From: Phoronis australis
Lineage: Eukaryota > Animalia > Phoronida
Length of the DNA stretch: 64,000 nt
Assembly (NCBI GenBank): GCA_002633005.1
Contig: NMRA01000135.1
Coordinates: forward strand, 123,115-187,114
Direction of reading: 5' to 3'
Shown: piece by piece, positions 37,101 to 49,100 of the stretch
Position numbering within the stretch: position 1 is the stretch's first letter
Layout: every line of letters begins with the position of its first letter
Program-made: the position numbers and the translations under genes
The notes under the pieces: generated by a model
Databases searched by the model: none
The model's input: only the letters and a program-made list of their open reading frames with translations
Told to the model about the DNA's origin: nothing

Positions 37101-40100
37101 ACCGACCTTGATTTCAGCAAATGTCTGGCAGACAACAGTGAGAATTGTTGATAAAATCACAATAACAACAGATTTTGTTATTTTACACCTCTGGTTAAAG
37201 TTTATAACTTCAAGATTTTTCCATTCAACGACAATCCCAAAATTGTTTTTTCGGCTGTAGAAACAATAATAAAAAATAATAAAAAACAAATATATTAGGT
37301 GCATTCCACTTTCTGAGGTTAACTGAAATGAGTAACTTGGTAAAATTTATTATTCCATTGAAAATTAGTCTCCGACCTCACCACCAAACTTTACTCTAGA
37401 CTCTCCACCAAAATATAGCAGTTGTGTGGCTTACTTGGAGTTGACTTTCAAATTTCATGCCATGAGGTTAATATTCAGTTTTTGAATCGAGTCTCGAGTG
37501 AAGTTTGGTTGTCTCGCGGCCCAGAACTCAGCCTGAACGTGTGCTTTGTGCTAACTATGAAACACGTGAACTTTGCTTTGAGTAACTCAGACATGTGAAT
37601 ACATGGCAGTAGTCACTTACAAGGGTTCAGGATTTTGACAACAAGTTTGATGCCAGTGGAGAAAACTGGTTCTCAAATTGTGTGACACTTGTAAGTGACT
37701 GTTACCATTAGGTGACTGTGCAGTTCATCCAGTAAAATGTAACTTCATTGACACCAGATGGGAGCACTGTTGTGTAATACGTTTGTAATACCTTTAGCTA
37801 AAACATAGTCATTAAAAGTAATTACATGCAGTCTTGTACACGTTGTTCCAGACGTGCGGACGGCACTCAGGTGGGCCCACACCACTGATCACATGGAACT
37901 GCTATCAGACTTATTAATATGATATAGTTAAAACTGAGCTGAGGAGCTAGATACTTGACTCAAGGGTCGAGCAGTGTGCCCCAGTGGGACTCAAACCCAC
38001 GACCTCGTGTAAAGCAAGCGGACACTTATCCCACTGGGCCACACTGCCTCCTCAACAAGGTCATAACTCATGATACATTTCATCAGAAATGTCCGCCATT
38101 CGTTCGCTATTATTACCCCTAATTAAGATGTTGTCTTCTCGAAATATCTAAGTATCTAGTGACTGTCATCTCATAAATATAGATTATTACATGGCGAAGT
38201 CGTTATCCCCCCGAGGGCTCTAGATAAGGGGGATAACGACTGAGAACTTGTAATAATCTATTTATACCACATACTAAACGAGAAACATTGCAATGAATCG
38301 ATCTACCTTTCTCGACTCGCCTCGGCTTTGTAACTACTTTCTATGTCAAAGGCCCAGGGTCGGAGGTCGCGACCTTTTAAGAAAAGCCGAGCTATTTTTG
38401 TCAAATAATACTTATACTCAAAACCAATTGGAAATTTAAACAAAACAGAAATGAAGTGAATCTCTAAATTAAGGTTAAGCAACTATTATAGCTTAAAACA
38501 CGTTTTTTACACACTAAGCTTCGACCGGGAAATTATCGTCTGCTAAAGTAGGTTACCACTGGTAACTGAATATAATTCTCAAGTCAAAGATCCTGACGAC
38601 ACGATACCCGCATTCAAACTGGAGATCGGTGATTTACAAGTAAGAGGACATGAGAGAAAAATTTCACTGAATTAAGATATCATTTTTATGGAACTTATGT
38701 GTCTTATTTTTCGGAGCGTAAAAGTACAGTACAATGCGGTTTGTTGAACGTGCGATTATTGCGCATGCTCATTTAAGTATTCTATTTTCACACTTGATGA
38801 CGTCAGTCGCTGCGTGGTGTAGTGGTTAAAGTCAGCGACCAGCAATTCCAGGGTCCCGGGTTCGACTCCGTCCTCGGTTTCCCGCCAAAACGTTATCTCA
38901 CTAGTGAGATAACTTTATGGGTTATTACACGGTTGTATCTGCCATTTGACGCTAATATTGTGGTATAAAGACATATATCTTATGAAACTTAAAGAGTTGA
39001 GACAAATCTATTCATTTCATTCACAATACTGTGCCATTCTCGTAGTCGCTTGACCATGTATTTTTGAAAAAATATTTCATTTTTTGAAAGGTACACCAGC
39101 ATTCACCAACTTTCTGTATTAAAACTTTGATAAAATGCTCAAGAACCGTGTCTGAGACTTTCTGTAGTTAGCACTGATGTTTTTTAAATTAAAGTAATTT
39201 TGTGAAATAGGGGTATATATTACTTTAAGCCTTTGGGATGAGTTTAATTATTGCAGAATTACAGATTGGTAATTTTGGGCATTGCCATCGAAACATTTGC
39301 CAATTGAGACACCGTGTTGTTTTTATTGAAACTTGATCGATACTCATCGCCAGGTAGCAGTTTGTGAAGATCGCACTCACGCGATAATTTCCGCAATATC
39401 ACTGTGGCATAGAATTGTTATAATAACTGACTTAACTACCAGAACCATATGCTACTATAATGTACATCGGGTTTTTTTCTAGATTTCTGTGATTACGTTC
39501 TTGAGTTGTGTGCTCAGTCCATGTTCCCTGGCGCTTGCTACCAGCGTCTGAAGACGACTCTCTGCCTGCTGGCTGTTCTGTACGAGACGTTCTTAAATGT
39601 CAGCCATGATGGGCGTAGGAAGGGTCAGATTCCACGTACGTACTGCGGTGCTGTGTTGTTTGATTTAGTTTTGTCAATTGTTGGTGTTGTCTGTTTATTT
39701 GAACTTATAACTGGAATGATACTAAAAATTCTAGTTGGTCTATCTGTATGGTCTATTCATATTTTTCAGCTTGTCAATGCCACAGATTTGTGTGATTGAG
39801 TCATAGTAGGGCAGCGCATTTATCACATGACCTCATGTCTAGATCTATTCCTATATATTCCTATAAGTTTTTATCTAAAACGCCTGTAGGACATTCTTTG
39901 TAAGATTATTGTACGCCTTAATTTTCAGCCAGCACAACGAAATTGGTAGCTTTAGCTCACATCCACGGTCATCTTGACATGTTGAGTGATAGAGTGTGCC
40001 AGTTGCTCTTGTACTGTACATTGGAAACAACCAACGAGGTAATTTGCAACGCTTGTTAAATGGTTGAGTGGTATTGATCATAACTATTCCTTCTTCATCT

Positions 40101-43100
40101 CATGATTAAAATAATGTGTTTTGAATCTCTAACGTGCAAGTTACAAACCTTGACAAGCAATAATAACTATAAATATCTTGGTGTTTTGGTGTCAGTTATT
40201 AAGTTTCTGTATTCCACCTTGTTTTGTTACCATGCCCAAAACAAACGTTTAATTTGTTGGAAAGTCACGTATACCAGTCCTTCACTTATTGAGTACACAA
40301 TATGGCCAACAAGTGAAATTCTGTTTTGTAGAATTTCCACACATTAGATAAGTTAGTCTATTTTTCAGTGTGGTTTGTAGCAATGTATGTAGATGTCGTA
40401 AAACAACGTCTGTTAAAATTTCCATTAGTTGCAAAATGATAATCAGCCTTCTTTGAAAAGTAGAAAAATGATTGTTTTGGCAACTATCCTTGTGCAAAAT
40501 GAGTGAATTACCGTAGACTTTTGCTGGTCACTATTCTGTGAACTTGGTGTTTATTTCCAGATTCGTGAGCAAGCGTCATCGCTCCTAATGACCTACTTCC
40601 AGTGGCCCCTCTCTCTGAAGGGGATGTCCCCAGATATATGCGCGTCCCAAATACTGACGCAGGCCGTAGGGATGTGCAATAGTCCCAAGACACTGGAATG
40701 TGAGAGCGGTGCTCTGCTGTGTCAGATGATCTTTGAAAAGTAAGAATTTTCACAATATACTAAGACAGGAACAAGAGTTACAAGTAAATTATTAGTCTTC
40801 TTACACACCATTTGTTGGTCACATGATGTGACCTGGAACTAAGTCTGAAAAGACTTAACTCTAAGTCTCGTGATGTGACAAACTTATGGCATATTAAGAA
40901 GCTAGTAATTCTTACTTACACCATGTATATAACAGTACAATTATAAACTAGACTTAGTTTTACTGCTTGGTTTGTAGACAAGGGCATGTCTTATTTTTTG
41001 CTAGTTGTGTTGATGCAAATTGATTGATTACATTATGCTTATAATTAAAAGGATAATAAACCCGGTTTTGGCCTATTAACAGATATCAGCAACCACTGTC
41101 GGAACCAGCTCTCTCACTTTGTAATCCTTGTGAGCCTTCAAAAAGTTTGCAGCAGAGTTTGAAAACAACTTACAAAATCTGCTATACGGGCAAGCGTGAC
41201 CTACACTTTGAGTTATGCGACAACTGTAGGGAAAGTCCTCCTACCAAGAACTATAGTGTCCATCCTGTGTGTGTGTGGAATTCTAAGCAACACATATTTT
41301 GTAATCATTATCAACTAAACATTGTGTAAACATTTTGTGTGATTTCTTTCTCGCAGATGCTTAATTCCTGGACTCTGCACTGTAACAGTGACCCTCTCAA
41401 CTAATGAGGTCACTGTGAGTTCATCAGTTGAGTTCATGAGGTGGCTCATCCATCAACTTGAGTCTACTCTTGACGTGTGCACCAAAGACCCCTTAGAGGC
41501 TGCCAGTCACAATCCTGGTCATGGTAACTCATCCAGCGGTCTCAGCTTAGTATGGTCTAAAATAATTGGAATTGTGAAAGGCGCTATGATAGTTTGTGTG
41601 ATGCATTTAAGTTTAGTGTTTTCCTGTAGCAAGACATTGACGGTGTTTTCACGACTAGAAGGACTAGGTAGACTTTGAATTTTTGGCCTCCGCTTTCCAT
41701 TTCTAATGCTCTTCTACATGGCGGAGATCTTCATAATAGTCATGGCAGTGCAGCACCTGAATTCACAGATTCCACAATTCTTGCATGGCTGTCTGTATTT
41801 TTTTCTTAATCTTTCACAACTAAAACGATGTGAACAATCTTACAGGTGTTATTCTGGCCTGTCGTCGATGTCTCTGTGACACAACTGCGTGGACCAATAA
41901 GAATGAAGGTGAAGAATGGCGGGACATCGTACAGAAACTTGTCATTCTGGCTGACTCACTCATACACTCCAGTCTGCGTGTTCTGGGAGGGAACAACAAG
42001 GAACAAGGTATAGGCAGCTGTGTTCTAAAAACTGTAAATAGGTGACATCTTGACAGTTTTGTTGTCTGTTTGGTGATGGTTTGTCATGTTATCTGTATCA
42101 GTAGTTAATTTGGTCCGAAAAATTTATGTGTGTTCTTTATAATCACAAGACAAGTTCATTTGACTGAGGATACATGATACTGAAAAATTTTTCATATACA
42201 GTCAACAAGTATTACGTATCAGTGATCATTTTCGGCTGTGGGATCTATTCGCAATCAGAAACACGCATCTCAGGCCATTTATCACAGCTCCGCGGTTACT
42301 GATCATGCAATACAGTTCAGTCACGTAATTGACTGGAATGGTTGTAAAATCCAGTCGCACGATTGCGACAGAAGGACAAGATGGATCTGGAAAGCTTATC
42401 ACATTACAAAACAAGGTGCCTCTTGCATGAATAAATGCATCGGTCAGTATGCCTTGCCAGATATCTACAGCATTGCAGAGCACTACAGGTATACCAGACA
42501 ACCAATAGATGTCCCCACTGCCTGTAAGGATGATGTGACACGTCCAACCCACTCACAGCATCATCAGTTTAACAATGTTGTAGAACCCATAGCCAAAATG
42601 TTAATTGGTACCCAACTCATTGTATTTGAAGAACTTTTCAATCTTTAACACCACTGTCGAAACATTACTGTAAGGTTACTGTAAGAAAAACATTTTACAC
42701 AGCTGTGCTTTACTGCGTGTTATTTCTTTCAAATATTTGAATATTCGTTTAATATCAAGACACTGCTCCGTCATTTGCTGAGATGGGTGTGGCCATACAA
42801 GATTTGACCAATGAAAGCTGTCAGTTCGAAGAAGGTGTTGAACTATCAGCCAATGAACAGCTGATCATGGCCTGGTGCTGGCTCACTATAAAGGTAAGGT
42901 GTAACATTTATTGGTCTGGTTTACATAACTAAAGAGTTTAACCGATGTTTTAAGGACATTTCTGACCTGCTTTAGTGTAATGGATTTTTGTTGAAATGAT
43001 TGTGTTTTTGTTCAAACAGTATTTCAGTTGCACGTTTTTTTTAAATATGCTTTTATTAAATATTACATACCAGTATGCCTATACCGTCTTCATTGACATT

Positions 43101-46100
43101 TTCTCAAAGGAAAAAGTTTCAAACTTAATCTCAAGTCAAATTGGTAGTAATGTGCCACAAGCTTTTAGTACAATGTCAATGCAGGAAGGTGTACTGGTGT
43201 GGAATGTTCATTCGATTCCTGGGAAAATTACATTGCCCTCTGTTGGTATTCCTGAATAACAATTGCTGGGGCCTGAGCCATGCGTCAGACTATTTAAATC
43301 TGACTCTGCCATGTCTACCAGAGAGGGAAGGATTCTTGAGAGACAGTCACTATTACTCTCTAGAAAGAGCCACAGGGCTCGGCAATATGAGGAGAAAATT
43401 TCAAGCGAGTTTTTTCCTGAAGTTTTGAATTCTAATTTTCCAGGTTTCTCAAGTCAATACTCTTTGTGTTACAGGAATGCAGTCTGTTTATTGGCAAACT
43501 TGTTGAAGTTCTACCGCTTGACACATCCGACCAGAACAGATTCTTAACCCATGACTACCTGAAAAGGATCAGCGACTTGTTCATTTCTGTCCTCACCAGA
43601 TGTCGCCACAGGGTATGGAAGTATTTCTAGCAGTTGAGGTAGCGTTACACCTAAGTTAAGATTTTAGTTTATGGTTACTAACTTTTTGCTGAAGGAATTG
43701 TGTTAAAGATTTTTTCCTACGCAACTATGATACAATGCATAGTTTTGTATGCTACAACTGTGTTTTTGCATATTCTAGGGAGCCATTGAAAGCTGCAGTC
43801 TGGGATTTCTGAAATTCTGTACCAAGTTATTAGGATCGACAGAGCTGAGTTTACGAGAATTACCAAAGAGTATTTTGGAACAGGTTTGTTTTTTAACTAT
43901 GGTATTGATAATGTATGACTTGCCAGGGTCACTTTAGACAGTTCTTTTGTGATTTTTTCTTTAACATCAGAAAATTACTTTGAATTACATACTCAATAGA
44001 ATGAGTACTGTACATCTTTTACATATTGATAGTTTTAAGTAAATTTGAACCTTGTCAAAGTACTGCTAATTACGTTATAGAGCATTGATTAATGTTGTGT
44101 GGGACCTTAGAAAAATTGGACTAAATTTGAAAAATCAAATCTCAGAAATGGCTGATTGGAGTCATATGAAACTTCCAGTTACTTATTAATATGCTTCAAG
44201 CAGTGTTTTTCAAAAACACTGTCTTAATAAGTTGAAATAGTTTATTTTGTACTTTCGCATGAAGGAGTATCAACAAGTAAGACGCATGGTTTTCATATAA
44301 GGGTGGTGAATTACTGTTAATGTTGATGAGGAATAAATTGTAATGCTTCAATTATGTTGCACAGAAATAATTGCCAGACTACTGTTTACATTTGATGAGA
44401 AATTACATTGAATAAAATTCCACCTTTGCGTCATCGTGTGCCAAGCTGCTGAATAATTAGTGTGGGTGACATTTTGTCTACTGTGCATTTTATGTAAGTA
44501 TTCTTTGTTTCTTCTGTTGGTTGGTTTCTTTTACTCAAGTATTGTTGGTTGTTGTTCCCTGCAGGTTTTGTCAGTGCTGGACACTGCAGCGACCACGTAC
44601 TCGGTCACCAGGAGGTCAGCGGGTCTACCTCTCATTGTGGAGTGTCTGCTGGTCAGTGAAAACCGCAACAAGCAGGTAAGACTGATCTGTGATCTGCTGG
44701 CGCTGATACGTCTGCTGTCTGTGCTGTAGAAGTCGCTTTCATGTGATGTTATGGTGCTGATGTTTTTCTTTTACATCGGATTTCTTTCTTTGCAAGTTAC
44801 AGTCAGTATCTATCCTTTCTCTAAAATTTAACAAATAGTGTGTCGATTAGATGATAAAAAAGTTGCTCAGATGACTGTAACATTTGTCCAAAAGTCAGTT
44901 TGTTGACGGTAGTAAATAATAATGTTCTCTGTCCAAGATTCAAGGGCTGCAATACAAGTTAAGGCTCAAAAAGTGATAAAACCTTCACAGCAGGGCTTCT
45001 TTTCATTTCAATTCAGAATTCTTGTAACTGCCATTCACGTCTGGGTCAACACCCGTCTTAGACGCCCACCTCTGAATGTTCCAAATTTTTCTGTTAAACA
45101 CCAGTACTCTGTTTGCACTCATACTCTCAACAGTCAAGACTTCCTTATGTTTGCAGGAATCCCTGTGTGAGTCACTTACAGAGGTCCCACATTTTGAAAC
45201 CTTGTGTTCTCTACTGAATAGTAGATAACAGGCATCTAATTAAAATGTCATCTTCATTTTGAAATATCTAAGAAACTAGCTCCTGTCAACTCACAGAAGT
45301 ACGCAAGTTGTTTACCTTTGGGTTACAAACCGTCAGTTCCTATCATATTCAGGCAGGAAAATAACCAGATTTTACTGAATGAGATGTGAAACTGTTTTTT
45401 AGCTCTTGCATATTCTAATATTATGATACAGAAAGTGGTCAAGGGCGTTTGCCTGAATGAATTATCTGTTGAGGTAAACGCCAACTTTTCAAAACTTCCG
45501 TCTTTTAATGCCCACGCTCACCTTAACGCCCACTCCCTGATATTTGAATTTCCCAATTTATGCGCAGTGTGCATTAACCCCAATGTGTACTATACATCTT
45601 GGTTTATTCCTTTCAGAGTGTTCTTCTTAGTCGTACTATGGCTAAACTCCTCAGCACAGCATCATCACCCCTGCCCGAATCAATCGATGAGAAACTAGAC
45701 CTTCCGCAAGTGCATTCTCTGAACATTCTAAAGGAATTGTTCAGGAATTCTACCATCTCCACTTCGGTGCTGCCTTACGTTGGACAAGCAGTGATACTCA
45801 GCGTGGATGGGTTTGCGTCGCATATCTGGGCTGTACGTAACTCTGCCATGATGCTATTTGGTAGGTCTACGATTGAATAGCTTTGACATTCAGTATCTAT
45901 ATTGCCATTAGATCCTTGTCCAATTGCAATAAGAAAGGTGTGTTTTGGTGAAGAGCTTAAGAAAGGTGTGTTTTGGTGAAGAGCTTAAGAAAGGTGCATT
46001 TTGGTGAAGAGCTTAAGAAAAAAATAGGCAAGATTCTTCGAAAGATCTCCTTATCGCGATGTGGAATTGTATTTAAGATCTCGATTAGGATTTCTTGTTT

Positions 46101-49100
46101 GTTGACCCCTTGTTTCTAATCTCTTAATATACACTACTTGGCAGATTTTGTACTGTGCTTACCGCACCTCCTAGTGGCATTTTTGTTGCGTGTCTGCCTC
46201 TATCTACCAAATGAAGCAAAATAGAGTGAATTAAAACATAGTGTTTACATTCTAAAAGTGATTAAGTTGTGATTTTGTGGTAACCGTTGTTAGTTGAACT
46301 GCTTCGGGATTTTTGAAGCACTAGTATAAGGATGCATAGTCGATGATTTAAAATCACGTCATGTGTTATGATGTGTGGTGACGTCTGCTGTCTTTAGGTT
46401 CCCTAGTGTCAAGGATGCTCGGTTATAAAGGACAGAATAGTGAAGGATCTGAGAACATCATAACAGCTGGCCAGTTCTTTGGCTATCACCCGGAACTCCG
46501 GTCATTCATGCTGAGGCAGGTCCATGAAGCCTCGCAGACACAGCACCAGGGGTCTCTAGTGCTGCATCCTAAGTTGTTTCCAGTGCTCACCATACTCTCA
46601 AAGCTGGGATTGGGGGTTGAAGGTGAAGAGGAAAGGTGCGACAATGCCAAGTGTGTGTGTGGCTGTTTGGAGCTGCTTACCTTTTCTAGACATTCAATTG
46701 TTGTGGTTTAAACCAATTACAGCTCTCATGTTTGTGTAGATGGTACTGGTAGTGACAATTGTCAGGGGTGACTTTGGACTGATTTAAAAGGTGGCGCTAC
46801 GGTCCTACATGTAGAAATGCATACATTCGGGTAGGAAGCGTCTTAATTCAATAGCACTACATGGTGAATGTAAAATCTATTGCGGGGACATTACTTTTGT
46901 GAGCTTGGTGAGTTGTCTTTTAATGTTGGTCAAATATTAACTTCTTGATCATTTTGTCATTAGACGATTTTGTTCAAAAGCTTAGGGAAATGTAGGTAAG
47001 ATTTTGCTTTAAATCTTCAGAAATTGTATTGAAGTTCAATGTATGATTAATAGGTGTTGAAAATAGGTATATTCTACATGCTAATTGTTATATCAACAAC
47101 GAGAATGTTAAGCAATGATGATTATAACACTTCGTTGTGCTGATATTAATTGCAGAATCCTTGAAGAGTTTAAACCATCGGTTGAGGTCTTGCTCGGTAA
47201 CAGTATCTATGCCATTCGTTGCCTGGCAGCCAGCTCACTCTTGGCTATCACCACGGAGCGAGACCATGTGCCGTATGCTGAGTACACTTTGAGTAGGATA
47301 CCTGAGTCAAGGGGGGAATGTGGCAGCTTCAATGTTATACACGGGCGACTGCTATTGGTTGAGAAATTGTTCGCTGCAATGTCACGGTATATTGTGTTTT
47401 TACACTAAATTGTTAGTAAGAGGGAGGCATTTGTTTAGAGAGGGTTATCTCACAAATGGGTTGGACCAACTTTAAACACTTAGATAATCTGTTTTGACCT
47501 TTGGAATGTTTGCTGTTTACATGTTTCTTGAGAGTCATAATTGTTGTGTTTGTAAGAAAACTTAATACGTTAACTTTGTTTCTTTGCCATTTTAGTTACT
47601 CTGTGTGATTTTCACCCCATTGCAGCACTCACATTATACTTGTCAGTTGCTGTTTTGAAGATTGTTGGTCAAGTTTTTTGCTACAATATCAGCGGAAGGT
47701 TTATATTTTACAGTGGCGCTGGTTTCTTTTTTGTTACAGGTCATCACCTGCAGGTTACCATGCTGTTGGCAAATCGCTGCTTAGGAAACAGTGGTTGCTA
47801 AGCAACCAAAATCCCTGCTTACTGGTTAAGTCGAAGTATCTGGATTTGATTACCAGACACTGTACAGACGTGAGCTTGGAGATAGGTGTGACTACCAATG
47901 CTGTGGGTGTAAGTTACTGTTTTGCGTTTGGTTTATTATCCCTGGTATGTTCCCACTCATCTTGGACAATTTTTGATGCCAATGACCCCAACTTTTGATC
48001 ATTGGTTTTGGCTTGTCCCGTATTCCAGTCGGATGTGATTTTTGTCTTTCAGAAGAACTGACATATTGAACAGCTTCTTATTTTAAGTGCACTTTTCTTA
48101 TCTAGTAAAGTTTTGCTTTTCTTGCACAGAAGTGGGGACACCTATATATTAAATATCTGAGTTTCTATAGTAAGTGAAACATGATTATAAGTGGGAACAC
48201 CTGTGTCAGTAAAGGCTGATCAACCAAGGTTATGTTTACAACTGGGTACACCAAATACAATAGTGTTGAACATGAATTGCCGAAAACTGGGCGCTTTCCG
48301 TAGACCTAAGACATCCGCAGAGTGGCAGAAAATCAAATTCTACAGACTATTTACTTTCAGAATATTTATATACTTTTACTGACAGTGGAAATCTTAACTG
48401 TTTTGTAGATATTTGATTTAATATGAAGACTTGTCAATGAGGTCCTACATATTGACGTCAATGTTGAAAGTCTGTTTAACATTTTTTCCCGCTACAATAA
48501 CTAACGTTTTCTTAACTTCCTTTGTTTCAGGCTGGATCAGCAATATTTGCAAACTCAGTTGTTCAGTTTTCATTGAAAAGTTCTGCCGATCCTATTAACG
48601 ATGCACTAGAAACGCTGCGCAAGCCGGACGGACATCTGGATCAACAGATTGCTTGCATTCAGTATCTGTCTCAGTCGCTAGGTGGCTCTGCCAACTGGAC
48701 GGAAGTTCAGGTGAATGGGTGCGCTTGTTACTTGTGTCCGTTCTTGTCTATCGTGTGCAGTTTATGCTCCAATATGTTTTGCTGTAGTTTACTTCACGGC
48801 AATGTGTTTTTACTTATTTGATTTGTGTTCTATTCATTTGATGTCAATAAATGCTCATTGCAATGGCGGATATAGGATGTCGTAAGGAGAGCCAAATTAC
48901 AATTTTTGAAGTAAAATCGGCATGCTTAACGCGCTTTTTTGGCCTTGTCCATAGTACGAATTCATTGACCACACATAAGGCTGATGAAGCCTGTTGAAAC
49001 ATTGCTGTCTGTCGTTGGGGCAAATATTCTTGCCCCAAGCACCAGTTGCATCCTTTTGTTTTTGTGGCCAAGCTCGCTCCATTCTATCATCTTGTATTAT

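Noticed and set aside
45931-46020. 28-bp repeats as a CRISPR array
   Set aside because: The repeats are directly adjacent with no spacers, lie in a eukaryotic intron and have no cas genes nearby.
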